DNA of 64,000 nucleotides from Macrostomum lignano. Lineage: Eukaryota. This document shows, in pieces, positions 1 through 11,012 of this stretch (the stretch's first letter is position 1; each line of letters starts with the position of its first letter). Under the pieces are notes generated by a model. It was not told where the DNA came from and ran no database searches. It worked only from the letters and a program-made list of their open reading frames with translations. Location of the stretch: NCBI GenBank assembly GCA_002269645.1, contig NIVC01003560.1, positions 1 to 64,000 of the forward strand, read 5' to 3'. Position numbers and translations under genes: made by a program.

Positions 1-69
1 TGTAACATGTACGCTTGTACATGCTAACGTAATTAAGCTAAGCTAAGACTAGTCTACAATGCATTCTAG

Positions 70-2466
70 ATCGTAACACCACTCGTCAAGGCTGCTTCAA
101 CGATGCAGCGCATCCAGACCTCCCGATGGAGCACAACCTGGGCAGCCTGGCCAATCGTTACTCGTGCTGGAAGCTGTGCTCAACTCGCGGCTACAAGTAT
201 TTCGGCTTGCAGAACAGGCAGAAATGCTACTGCGGCAATTCGTTCGGTCGCTACGGGGTGGCTCTGGGCTCCGGAGCTTGCCAGGAGAGGTGCAGCGGAG
301 ATGCCAGCGCTACCTGTGGCGGAGACAAGCAGAACGAGGTGTTCTCCACCGGGCTGGAGGACTGGGGTGAGCGCAGAGCCCAGTTAGATGTAACATGTAT
401 ACATGTACAGTGTGGGAATACTGTGGAATTGCAGTTGCAGTTGAGAAGAATGGAAGGAAGGAAAAGCTAAGGACTACTTAAGTAACATGTATATAGGACG
501 CTACCCTCTAAATCTGTGGTAAATGTTTTGAAGGCAACTTTTCGCCGAAAAATACACTACAGAGATAAAAGGTTTTAATTTTTTTAGCACAAAAATTGTT
601 ATTGCTTTTGATAGGAGGCAGATCCAGTGTTCATCTTTTGATATGTAAAGCTTTTCTTTCGGAAATAGTTTTAAAGGCAGGTTTCACCGGAAAAATACAC
701 TACAGAGATAGGAAATTTCACGATTTTCAACACTAAAACACTTGTCATTATTTTAAAAGTTTTTTCAAGTGACAGGCCAATTTAACATGAATTTAACATC
801 AATTTAACGATTAATGCGTCGCTAGAGTAGTGTATTTTTCGGCGAAAAGTTGCCTTCAAAACATTTACCACAGATTTCGAGTGTTGCGTCCTTCTACTTA
901 AGTTGTCCTTGAGGAAAGCTCCAGTATATTTACATGCACATATACTTGACGTCACGAAGTACCGTTACATGTGTATAAGCAGTAACAAATCGATAAATTA
1001 AAATACCCGGAAAATTATTCTAAACATTTATTTGATAGTCTACTAACAGTAGAATTATGGAAAATACGATAAGAATATAATCTATAAATACATGTCTAAT
1101 ACATCTACTGTTTAACCAATCTTGTAAACTTGTAAAAGTGCGGCAATATTTGGTGTTTCTTGATGCGCGCCCTTCTCTCACGGTTGGAAATCACTCTCAC
1201 CCCTGTCTCTAAGGCTGGTGAATGCCAGCTCTGAAATTCTCTGAAAACTCTGAAAGCGGCCGAAATTTCCAGACAACGGCACCGCCTCGGCTATGGGCTG
1301 CTTCATCGACAAGCCCGACGATCCGGACTTCGCCTCCGGGCTGCACCACCTGGGCGAGGCCGCCACCAGGCTCGCCTGCTGGCGCCGCTGCCGGTCGCTC
1401 GGTTGGCGCTACTTCGCCATGCAGGTAAGATTTACCTCTGCTAAATGCCCTTCCCCCTATATCGCACGCTAACTTTTGGAACTGCATATGCGTACACGTA
1501 TGAACATTTAGCTTTGGCGCCCCTAGTTCAGCTGGCGCCTCTGGTGCTGAGGCCCCAAATGCTGGCGCCCCATTGTGCTGGCGTCCCTTGGTGCTGGCGC
1601 CCCATTGTGCTGGCGTCCCTTGGTGCTGGCGCCCCATTGCGCTGGCGCCCCTTGCTGCTAAAGTCCCTTGGTGCTGGCGCCCCTTGGTGCTGGCGCCCCT
1701 TGGTGCTGGCGCCCCTTGGTGCTGACGCCCCATTGCGCTGGCGCCCCTTGCTGCTAAAGTCCCTTGGTGCTGGCGCCCCTTGGTGCTGGCGCCCCTTGGT
1801 GCTGGCGCCCCTTGGTGCTGACGCCCCTTGGTGCTGACGCCCCTTGGTGCTGGCGCCCCTTGGTGCTGGCGCCCCTTGGTTCTGGCGCCCCTTGGTGCTG
1901 GCGCCCCTTGGTGCTGGCGCCCCTTGGTGCTGGCGCCCCTTGGTGCTGGCGCCCGTTGGTGCTGGCGCCCCTTGGTGCTGGCGCCCCTTGGTGCCGGCGC
2001 CCCTTGGTTCTGGCGCCCCTTGGTGCTGGCGCCCCTTGGTGCTGGCGCCCCTTGGTGCTGGCGCCCCTTGGTGCTGGCGCCCCTTGGTGCTGGCGCCCCT
2101 TGGTGCTGGCGCCCCTTGGTGCTGGCGCTCCTTATACGAACGCATGTATGTCAAAAGTTCAATTGTAATACATCTGTTTCATACTGTTTCACATTTGTTC
2201 AAATAAAGTTTATGCCATCTGAAGGGTTGATTTATGATGGCGCCAAAGAATTAATTACTAAATCACTCGAACCTTATTGGAACACAATGCCCGATGATAA
2301 AACGCTTTGCATGCTCATCACGCAGGCCTCGCAGTGGTGCGCCTGCGGCAACTCCTTCGGTCGGCACGGCCGAGCCGACCGCGACTGCCGCCTGCCCTGC
2401 CTTGGCGACCCCATCAGCACCTGCGGAGGCCACCAGCGCAATGAGGTCTTCAGCACCGGACTGTGA
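70..2466 (+). CDS. WSC (carbohydrate-binding) domain repeat protein, 3' part; exons 70-366, 1273-1424, 2326-2466
   Basis: Spliced translation gives two WSC domains: GCFND..CWKLCSTRGYKYFGLQNRQKCYCGNSFGRYG..C..RCSGD..TCGG..NEVF and GCFIDK..CWRRCRSLGWRYFAMQ|ASQWCACGNSFGRHG..C.LPCLGD..TCGG..NEVFSTGL*. GT-AG junctions are phase-consistent (1,0). The gene begins upstream of the window. Confidence 0.9.
469..910. mobile_element. Foldback/MITE-like element in a WSC gene intron
   Basis: Perfect 51-bp inverted repeat (510-560 vs 827-877) plus imperfect outer arms beginning AAGGAC(T/A)ACTTAAGTA; no coding capacity. Confidence 0.65.
1471..2159. repeat. 16-bp minisatellite (TGGTGCTGGCGCCCCT)n, ~1545-2130, bounded by imperfect inverted repeats
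   Basis: Direct reading of the array; flanks AACTTTTG..CATATGCGTA..CGTAT (from 1471) and ATACG..ACGCATGTATGTCAAAAGTT (to 2159) are roughly reverse-complementary. Confidence 0.9.
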
Positions 2467-2514
2467 ACAGGCTGGGGCTGCTCAATGATGATTGGAGCTT
2501 AATTCTCTGTGGGG

Positions 2515-2740
2515 CTGAGAGTGACTGTTATTGTGGCTGAAGAGTGACTGTTATTGTGGCTGAAGAGTGACTGTTATTGTGGCTGAAGAGTGACTGTTAT
2601 TGTGGCTGAAGAGTGACTGTTATTGTGGCTGAAGAGTGACTGTTATTGTGGCTGAAGAGTGACTGTTATTGTGGCTGAAGAGTGACTGTTATTGTGGCTG
2701 AAGAGTGACTGAATTATTGTGGCTGAAGAGTGACTGTTAT
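2515..2740. repeat. 23-bp minisatellite (GAAGAGTGACTGTTATTGTGGCT)n
   Basis: About 10 near-identical tandem units just downstream of the WSC gene stop codon. Confidence 0.95.
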
Positions 2741-3054
2741 GATTTTTTTAATAAAATTATCTTCGATTATATAAGCATATTTCAGTAAGCTGTAAAACCA
2801 GCCGAAATTTAATTTTAACTTCACTAATTTAAGGTACGAGGCTACTAACAGTAGCTAGATATTCCCAAGAAATATCGTTTTCAATAAAAATTCTGGCTTG
2901 CACGATTCACACTGCGAAACAGTTAATAAAGAGAAAAATTAATTACTCAAAGCATCATTTTAATTTTTCATATTGATTGAGAACTTCTAGCATAGAAAAA
3001 TGCTTGCTTATATTTGCTGTTGAAATTGTCAGCAAATTTTGTGTCCACCGCCAG

Positions 3055-6000
3055 TCACCGGTTCGACTTTGTGCCTGTCTGGCCTTGAAACACAGCCTCT
3101 GTGTCCATCACCTGCGACCAGGTGACCCGCTGCTCTACCAGCTGCTTCACCAGCCCGGGCACTCGGTCAATCTGGCAATGCAAATGGAAAAATTAATTCT
3201 ATTGCTAATGTTTCAAATCTCTGAAACATACACATATTCTTAAAAGATCTAAGATTTATAGGTATGGGGCCCTTCTGAAATCCCATATCATATGGGATCC
3301 AAGTCACTCTCTCTAATCTCCCCGAGTCACTCTCTCTAATCTCCCCGAGTCACTCTCTCTAATCTACCCCAGCCACTCTCTCTAATCTACCCCAGCCACT
3401 CTCTCTAATCTCCCCGAGTCACTCTCTCTAATCTACCCCAGCCACTCTCTCTAATCTCCCCCAGTCACTCTCTAATCTCCCCGAGTCACTCTCTCTAATC
3501 TCCCCGAGTCACTCTCTCTAATCTCCCCCAGTCACTCTCTCTAATCTCCCCCAGTCACTCTCTAATCTCCCCCAGTCACTCTCTAATCTCCCCCCGTCAC
3601 TCTCTCTAATCTCCGAGAGTCACTCTCTCTAATCTCCCCCAGCCACTCTCTCTAATCTCCCCCAGTCACTCTCTCTAATCTCCCCCAGTCACTCTCTCTA
3701 ATCTCCCCCAGTCACTTTCTAATCTCCCCCAGTCACTCTCTCTAATCTCCCCGAGTCACTCTCTCTAATCTCCCCCAGTCACTTTCTAATCTCCCCTAGT
3801 CACTCTCTCTAATCTCCCCCAGTCACTCTCTCTAATCTCCCCGAGTCACTCTCTCTAATCTACCCCAGCCACTCTCTCTAATCTCCCCGAGTCACTCTCT
3901 CTAATCTCCCCCAGTCACTTTCTAATCTCCCCTAGTCACTCTCTCTAATCTCCCCCAGTCACTCTCTCTAATCTCTCCCAGGCAGAACAGCAGACAGAAC
4001 AGCAGGCAGAACAGCAGACAGAACAGCAGACAGAACAGCAGACAGAACAGCAGACAGAACAGCAGACAGAACAGCAGACAGAAGAGCAGACAGAACAGCA
4101 GACAGACAGCAGACAGAACAGCAGACAGAACAGCAGACAGAACAGCAGGCAGAACAGCAGACAGAACAGCAGACAGAACAGCAGGCAGAACAGCAGACAG
4201 AACAGCAGACAGAACAGCAGGCAGAACAGCAGACAGAACAGCAGGCAGAACAGCAGACAGAACAGCAGACAGAACAGCAGACAGAACAGCAGACAGAAGA
4301 GCAGACAGAACAGCAGACAGACAGCAGACAGAACAGCAGACAGAACAGCAGACAGAAGAGCAGACAGAAGAGCAGACAGAACAGCAGACAGAAGAGCAGA
4401 CAGAACAGCAGACAGAACAGCAGGCAGAACAGCAGACAGAACAGCAGACTTACCGGAACCCGGACCTGCTGTCTGGAGTCCCTCTCCCGCAGCGTGACCG
4501 TGGGCTGCCGGCAGTCGGCGGGCCAGTCGCTCAACAAATTGGAATCCAATTCGCTCAAAGCGCCCGCCTTGACCTCGGCAACTGAGTCGTAGTCAACCGT
4601 GACAGCGAACGGCACGCCGAGTTGGTCGCACCTGGCGTACCGCTTGCCAATGGAGACGCCTCGTGAGTCGGCGTCAACCAGGCCGGCGAGATTCTCGCCT
4701 ACAGCCAGTCGCCGATGCAACCGACGGATGAGCTGACGCATCTCGGCTGAGCCGCCGTTCATAGGCAGCAGGGCGCAGTGGTAGGGTGCGAGCCAAGCCG
4801 GCAGGCTCAAGCAGGTCCTCTGTTCGTCTCTGCCCGGCCTCTGCCTGTAGTTGTGCTCAAGAATGGCCGACAACAGGCGGCCGACGCCGAAACTGGGCTC
4901 AACTACGCTTGGAGTGAAGCTGCGACTGATGAAGCGGAGTGAGAGAAAGTCGGAAATAATGGATTTTCTATTTTATATTTATCTTCTATTACTATAAGAA
5001 TAAAAAAGTTAACTCCCATGGCCATATCAGAACAGTTGGCAAACTGCCTCTGGTCTTGCCAATTAGGATCTCAATGATACTACTTCCGTTTTCCAATTAG
5101 GATCTCAGGAAACTACTTCCGGTTTACCTAACCTAGTTGCGATCTCAGGAAACTACTTCCGATTTTTCAAATTGGAATCTCAGGATACTACTTCCGGTTT
5201 TCCAATTAGGATCTCAGAAACTACTTCCGGTTTTCCAATTGGGATCTCAGGAAACTACTTCCGGTTTTCCAATTGGGATCTCAGGATACTACTTCCGGTT
5301 TTCCAATTGGGATCTCAGGAAACTACTTCCGGTTTTCGTAATTGGGATCTAAGGATACTACTTCCGATTTTTCAAATTGGGATCTCAGAATACTACTTCC
5401 GGTTGTTAAATTGGGATCTCAGGAAACTACTTCCGGTTTTCGTAATTGGGATCTCAGGAAACAAAGGAAACTACTTCCGGTTTTCCTAATTGGGATCTCA
5501 GGAAACAAAGGAAACTACTTCCGGTTTTCCTAATTGGGATCTCAGGAAACAAAGGAAACCACTTCCGGTTTTCCTAATTGGGATCTCAGGAAACAAAGGA
5601 AACTACTTCCGGTTTTCCGATAGAGTTTACGCACGTACAAAGCAAACCCGACATTTTTAAGAAAGTGTCAGAGAGCAACAGTCAAAGTCACCTGGTTCCG
5701 CCAGTCGCAGTCCGCGCAGCCACCAAGCTCTCACCGGAGGCTTCCGAGTGCCGGCTGAGATCGTAGGCGGCCCTGTCCGCGCAGCCGACGCACTCGATCC
5801 AGTCGACGCGCCCGCAGCCGTCGGTGAGGAGGCACTCGGCGTCCCAGCAGTCGGCGGCGTAGTGAGCCATCTCGCAGGGCGGGTGCTGGCGGAAGCGCAG
5901 CCTCCTGGGATCGATGCCGCATCGCTTGGTGAGGAATAGGAAGATTCTGCCAAGATAATAGCCCAGAGTCTCATGCGCCACCAGGCCTGACGCTACTGAG

Positions 6001-8622
6001 GCGCCCAGTTGGCGCCAAGTTGGCGCCGTCAATGCAGCCGATTGATCTTCGACGGACAGCAGAGGAAGGTTGAGCTCCGACACCGAGGCGAAGTCCGGGT
6101 GTCGGCTGAAGGGGAGCGAGTTCGAATCTTGATTTGAGGCCTTTGATCTGCCCATTCATTTGTCTGTCTGATCTCATCTGTTCTCTGAGTGCTCGATAGA
6201 ATCTCAAATCTCACTCGAGTCTCTAATCATAATAACTCATCTAACCTGTATTTATGACTCAGAATCTCTAATCTCACCCATCCTCCCAGGTCATAAAATA
6301 ACTCATCTCACCTGTACGAGCGTACTCCCAGGTTATAGATAGATATAATATCTCATCTCACATGTCCTCCCAGGTCATAAAATATCTCATCTCACCTGTC
6401 CTACCAGGTCATAAAATATCTCATCTCACCTGTCCTACCAGGTCATAAAATATCTCATCTCACCTGTCCTACCAGGTCATAAAATATCTCATCTCACCTG
6501 TCCTACCAGGTCATAAAATATCTCATCTCACCTGTCCTCCGGATCGTAGAAGTGCTCAATCTCGGCCAGCGCAAACTCCCTGAGCCGGAGCAGCCCGGAC
6601 CTCGGCTGAACCTCATTCCGAAAGCTCTGACCAATCTGAGCGACCGCCATGGGCAGTCGGCCCCGATTGAAATCCAGCAACCGACGAAAGTTGGTAAAAA
6701 TTCCCTGAGCAGTCTCTGGCCGAAGGAACAGGCGGTGCCGCCCACCCTGCTGCCTGCTGTCGGCGCCCGCTGCGGTATCGAACATGAGGTTAAACTCGCG
6801 GGGCTGCGTCAGGGCATTGCCTGTGCCTGGCGCCGTGATGCCGAATCTGGCAAGGATTTAATACTGAGAATACTGAGAATGGGGTGGAGTCTATTGAGAA
6901 TGGGGTGGAGTCTATTGAGAATGGGGTGGAGTCTACTGAGAATGGGGTGGAGTCTATTGAGAATGGGGTGGAGTCTACTGAGAATGGGGCAGAGTCTACT
7001 TAGAATAGGGTAGGTAGAGTCTACTTAGAATGGGTGGAGAATACTTAGAATCGGGTAGAGCACTTAGAATGGAATAGAGTCTACTTAGTACAGGGTGGAG
7101 TCTGCTTAAAACAGGGTGGAGTCTACTTAGAATCGAGCAGAGTATACTTAGAATCGGGTGGAGTACTTAGAATGGGATGAATTCTACTCAGAATGGTGTA
7201 GTCTACTTAGAATGGGATGGAGTCTACCTAAGTTAGTTAGGGCCTAAGTCTACCAAATTGAGGGTAGTCTACTTAGAATGAGTCGAGTGAAGTCTACTTA
7301 GAGTTTATTCGCATTTTGTTGTTGTTTCAATGGCCAACTGAGAGAAAGGCAATGGTCTGTAGATTCCAGTAGAAGGGAAGAAAGGTCTTCTTCATAATTA
7401 GTTCGTAGCATTACAAGATCAGCTAATTACCTGTCAATCAACCCCTGCAGGCCCTGCCCATCAAGCGAGCCCAGCCCAGCCAGAGCTTGCTTGGCTTCAC
7501 CGCTTTGTTTTCCCTTCTTCTTTGCTAAAGACTCCAGACTCTGCCTGATAAGGTGGTCGGCCCTGTAGGACTCGCCAGTGAGACTGTCGCTTATCAGGTA
7601 GTCTGTGAATTTTTCCACGTGACCAGAGGCTCGCAGTGGCGCTTCAGGGGTTAGCACCGGACAGTCAACTTCCAGCATGCCATCAGTGAGGACAAAGAAT
7701 TGTCTCCAGTCCTGCAGCAGGTGGTTTTTGACTGCACAACCAGCTGGACCAAAGTCATAAAGACCTGCAACACCTGTGGGAAATATAAATACTATAAAGT
7801 TATAGAAAAAGTCTAATTTTTTTTCCCAATTAGCCTTCCATTCTTTTTTGACTGCTAAACATATAGCTAGGAACAAATGTAATATCTAAATAATTTCTTA
7901 GATTATACTGTACATATAGTAGCTATTAGTTAGAATATTAACTTAAACTAACAAGACTAAAATGAACATCAATAACTGTAACAAAGATGCTTACTGCTAC
8001 TTACCTCCATAAATAGAGAATGACTGGTCATAATAAAATCTTTGCTTTATAAGATCATCAAGCTTGACTTTGTTCACTTGTGGAATTAGAGAAGAAAGTT
8101 CTTGAAGCTAAAAAGAAGAAATATATAATATATTTATACCAGAATCATAGCCAATCAATGACATAGGAAATTAAAATAATTAAAAAATTTAATATCCTTA
8201 AACATACCTTTGCCTCGAGAAGTTGCTTTTTGTTTTTAAGTTTAATAACTGCTTTGTCAAGTTCTTCTGATGATGTTGTGGCTTCTTTGATTAACCTTTT
8301 AACAATGGATCCCTAAAGCAGTAAAGTGTATGCATTTTGAATTGAATAAAATTAATGCAATAATTCAGCTCATACTCATACTTTAATATAGAAAACAAGT
8401 AGTAAGAAAATGTTCATTGAAAAAGATTTTTTAAAAGTGTAGAAGAAAGGTTGTATTCACCTGTTCTTCAACGGCCACTCGGAAAGGATGGATGGCTTTT
8501 TCTGAATCGGGTAACGAGCTACCATCGGGATTCGACACAGGATCTTTGGAAAAAGTCGACTTAAAACGTGTACAACATCCACTACAATAGTAAGGCTTAA
8601 AGAACGTTATGCGACGCAACAT
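3055..8622 (-). CDS. GARS1: Glycyl-tRNA synthetase (eukaryotic alpha2 type), 676 aa; exons 8622-8461, 8312-8208, 8107-8005, 7773-7431, 6846-6532, 6105-5692, 4925-4454, 3171-3055
   Basis: WHEP domain (PFRVAVEEQ|GSIVKRLIKE..LDKAVIKLKNKKQLLEAK); FYYDQSFSIYGG|VAGLYDFGP; SGHVEKF; FLRPETAQGIF; motif 2 FRNEVQPRSGLLRLREF; EMAHYAADCWD; motif 3 VEPSFGVGR; anticodon-binding domain SIGKRYARCDQLG..TVTLRERDS. All junctions are GT-AG and phase-consistent (2031 nt). Confidence 0.97.
3301..3975. repeat. 21-23-bp pyrimidine-rich minisatellite (AGTCACTCTCTCTAATCTCCCCC)n in the last GARS intron
   Basis: Direct reading of tandem units. Confidence 0.95.
3982..4449. repeat. 12-bp minisatellite (CAGACAGAACAG)n in the last GARS intron
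   Basis: Direct reading; begins immediately after the splice donor at 4453. Confidence 0.95.
5060..5620. repeat. ~34-bp minisatellite (GGATCTCAGGAAACTACTTCCGGTTTTCCAATTG)n in a GARS intron
   Basis: Direct reading of tandem units; later units carry an AGGAAACAA insertion. Confidence 0.93.
6230..6537. repeat. 34-bp minisatellite containing copies of the exon end and 5' splice site
   Basis: Unit AGGTCATAAAATATCTCATCTCACCTGTCCTACC; on the minus strand each unit reads GGACAG|GTGAGATGAG, as at the real donor (6531). Confidence 0.9.
6872..7290. repeat. 21-bp minisatellite (GAGAATGGGGTGGAGTCTAYT)n, decaying rightwards
   Basis: Direct reading, in a GARS intron. Confidence 0.9.
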
Positions 8623-9566
8623 TTATGGTACAGTTACACAAGAAGATAGAAAATAAAAAACTGTGTCGTGAGCAAACAACCGTATATAAATAAGCTATCA
8701 ATCACAACATACCGCAGCTAGCGTCAGACTAACCCAATCAGTCACATTCGCATTGTAAACAGATTTTTTAAAGATTCGTTTCTGTGAAAAATTACTTTTT
8801 AAAAGATCTTGTAACCCAAGACTTTAAACTAATATAAACATGGATTAAAGAGTTTTTAATATAGAATTTAAAGTATTTATTTTAAAAGAAAGCTAGCATT
8901 TGCGAAAATATTTATAAGCGTAAATTTGGTTTGTTTTACTACTTCACTGAGTGGCTACTCTTTTTTAACTTGAGGGGAATACATATTTATTGGATCATCT
9001 CGAAAACAGCCTGAGCAGCCGAGCAGGCAGGCACAGGCAGGCTAGGCTACAGCAAGCAAGCAAGGCTGTTAAGCAAGATAAGCAAGCTGATAAGCAAGCC
9101 CTCTGGCTATACTGCGCGCGCACGTATGACCTATTGCAACGTAGTGGTACGGAGTGCCAAAAAGCTATCGACTTAGTCCATCTACCAGATGTCCAAAAGT
9201 CAACTTTTAATTTATATAGACTGGACCTGGAGTCTGTAGATATGCCTTATATTAGTAATAATGAGTTTGACCAGTGCTTTTGATATATTTAACTTATTAT
9301 ATTGTTTTTATCTGTTAAGATAGGTCCTAGGTGAGGTATAACTGACAAGAGCTATGAGTTAAAATGCTGATTCCAGTGATAAAAAGGGCAAAAATTGTAA
9401 TACCCCCTTGTAATGCTCATTTGCTAACTGCATTTTCCATCACTCACATAAATGACATGAGCCACATAGCATAACTAGGGCCTATGTCAATATAGTTCAT
9501 TATTGTCTATTTTTAGTTGCATCTATCTGTTTCTACATTTTGTAATATTAATATATAACTTAGAAG

Positions 9567-10755
9567 TAGGCATTCCAATCCTAGGATCCTGGGATCCCAG
9601 GATTTAGCCTCAAAACACGGGATTTCAATCCCAGGATTTTTTAGGACTTGAAATTTCAGGATTTATGATCCTTAGGATTATAACAGTGTGGGATTGGTAT
9701 CCTAGGATTGTAAGGCTTAAATCCTGGGATTGTTTTGGGATTCAAACTGATATTAATTCTCTTTTTTCAACTAAAATAATCATGTAAAATTTGAAAAAAA
9801 AGATTCAACTTAAAAAAATATGAAATAAAACAACTGCAGCTTGCATGTCTATATCAAAATCACATATAAAAAGTAGCAAAATTTGTTAGAGCAGTTTGTT
9901 AAGCAGAAATTTTTTTTTCATTTTCATAAGGTGTAATTTAATTTCACATGTTTGTCAGTTGCGTGATGTCTTATAACACTGTAATGTGGCATTAAACATG
10001 ACATTCACTTTGATAATTTACATTGATATTGCATAGCTAGCTATATAACCTATATTAAAATAAGTTATTATTGTTGTAACCAATTATTATCAATTATCTT
10101 TTATGGATAAATATTATTTATTATTATCAAACAATTTTCTATTTTTACTTGTATAATAAATAAGCAAAGAGAAGTTTATTGCATAAATATACCACTTTGG
10201 ACCATTAGCTATCATTATAAATATCATAATTATACTTTGTGGTCATGGTGGAAGCTAGATGCAGATGTTTCAATACATTTGATATTGGGATCCCAGGATC
10301 CCGGGATTTTTTTGAACTTTGAAGCGGGATCCCGGGCATACATGCGCAACAGTCGGCCGAGTCGGCCGATCCGGCCGACTGATTTGGCGGCCAACCAAGG
10401 AAGTCGCAAAAATGCCCACCCGAAAAAAACGCAAAGTAGTAGTACTAAGTAGCTGACGAGGCATTTTGACTTAACAAGACAGTTATAGTTACTCCTGCCG
10501 TTTACCCAAAGTTGCGTTAATTTTGCGTTAGGGTTTTTTTTACATGTAAGTCGCATTTTTGGCCAAAAACTACGTCGCATTTTTGTTAAAACTAAGTCGC
10601 ATGGCCGACCGAATTTTGGAGGTTGCGCATGTATGATCCCGGGATTACTCTCAGTTGGGATTTTCTGGGATTAGTGATCCTGGGATTTTAAACCATCGGG
10701 ATTTCAGGATTTCTCAATTCCAGGATTGTAAATTGTTGGGATTTTGGAATCCCTA
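9567..10755. mobile_element. Non-autonomous hAT-like DNA transposon
   Basis: 12-bp TIR TAGG(C/G)ATTCCAA; exact 8-bp TSD CTTAGAAG (9559-9566, 10756-10763); many subterminal GGGATT/GGATCC repeats at both ends. Confidence 0.85.
10337..10635. mobile_element. 299-bp hAT-type MITE nested in the larger element
   Basis: Perfect 14-bp TIR CATACATGCGCAAC; exact 8-bp TSD ATCCCGGG (10329-10336, 10636-10643). Confidence 0.88.
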
Positions 10756-11012
10756 CTTAGAAGCAGTTTTGGTTATTATTTTTAGCTCTTTATTTCTTGT
10801 ACAATTATAAATACAAGAAGAATATAATATAAGTAGTTTAAAATCAAATATTCAATATAGACTAGGGCTCTTTAGGCCAGCTGATATTTAAAAAAAAAGA
10901 ATTTAAATATTTTTTTTAATTTTCAGCTATATTATAGACACAAGTCAAATATCATTATGTGCTCAATTCCTCAGTCTGTGAGTGAGCAGATATTTGATCA
11001 CCCAGTCGTAAT

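Noticed and set aside
1209-2206. Overlapping LAPLGAGAPWCWRP / GRQHQGAPAP ORFs
   Set aside because: Arise from the 16-bp intronic satellite inside the WSC gene
3968-4453. Cys/Leu-rich C-terminal extension of the GlyRS ORF in the ORF track
   Set aside because: Read-through into the 12-bp intronic repeat; the true donor is at 4453 and the proper last exon is 3171-3055
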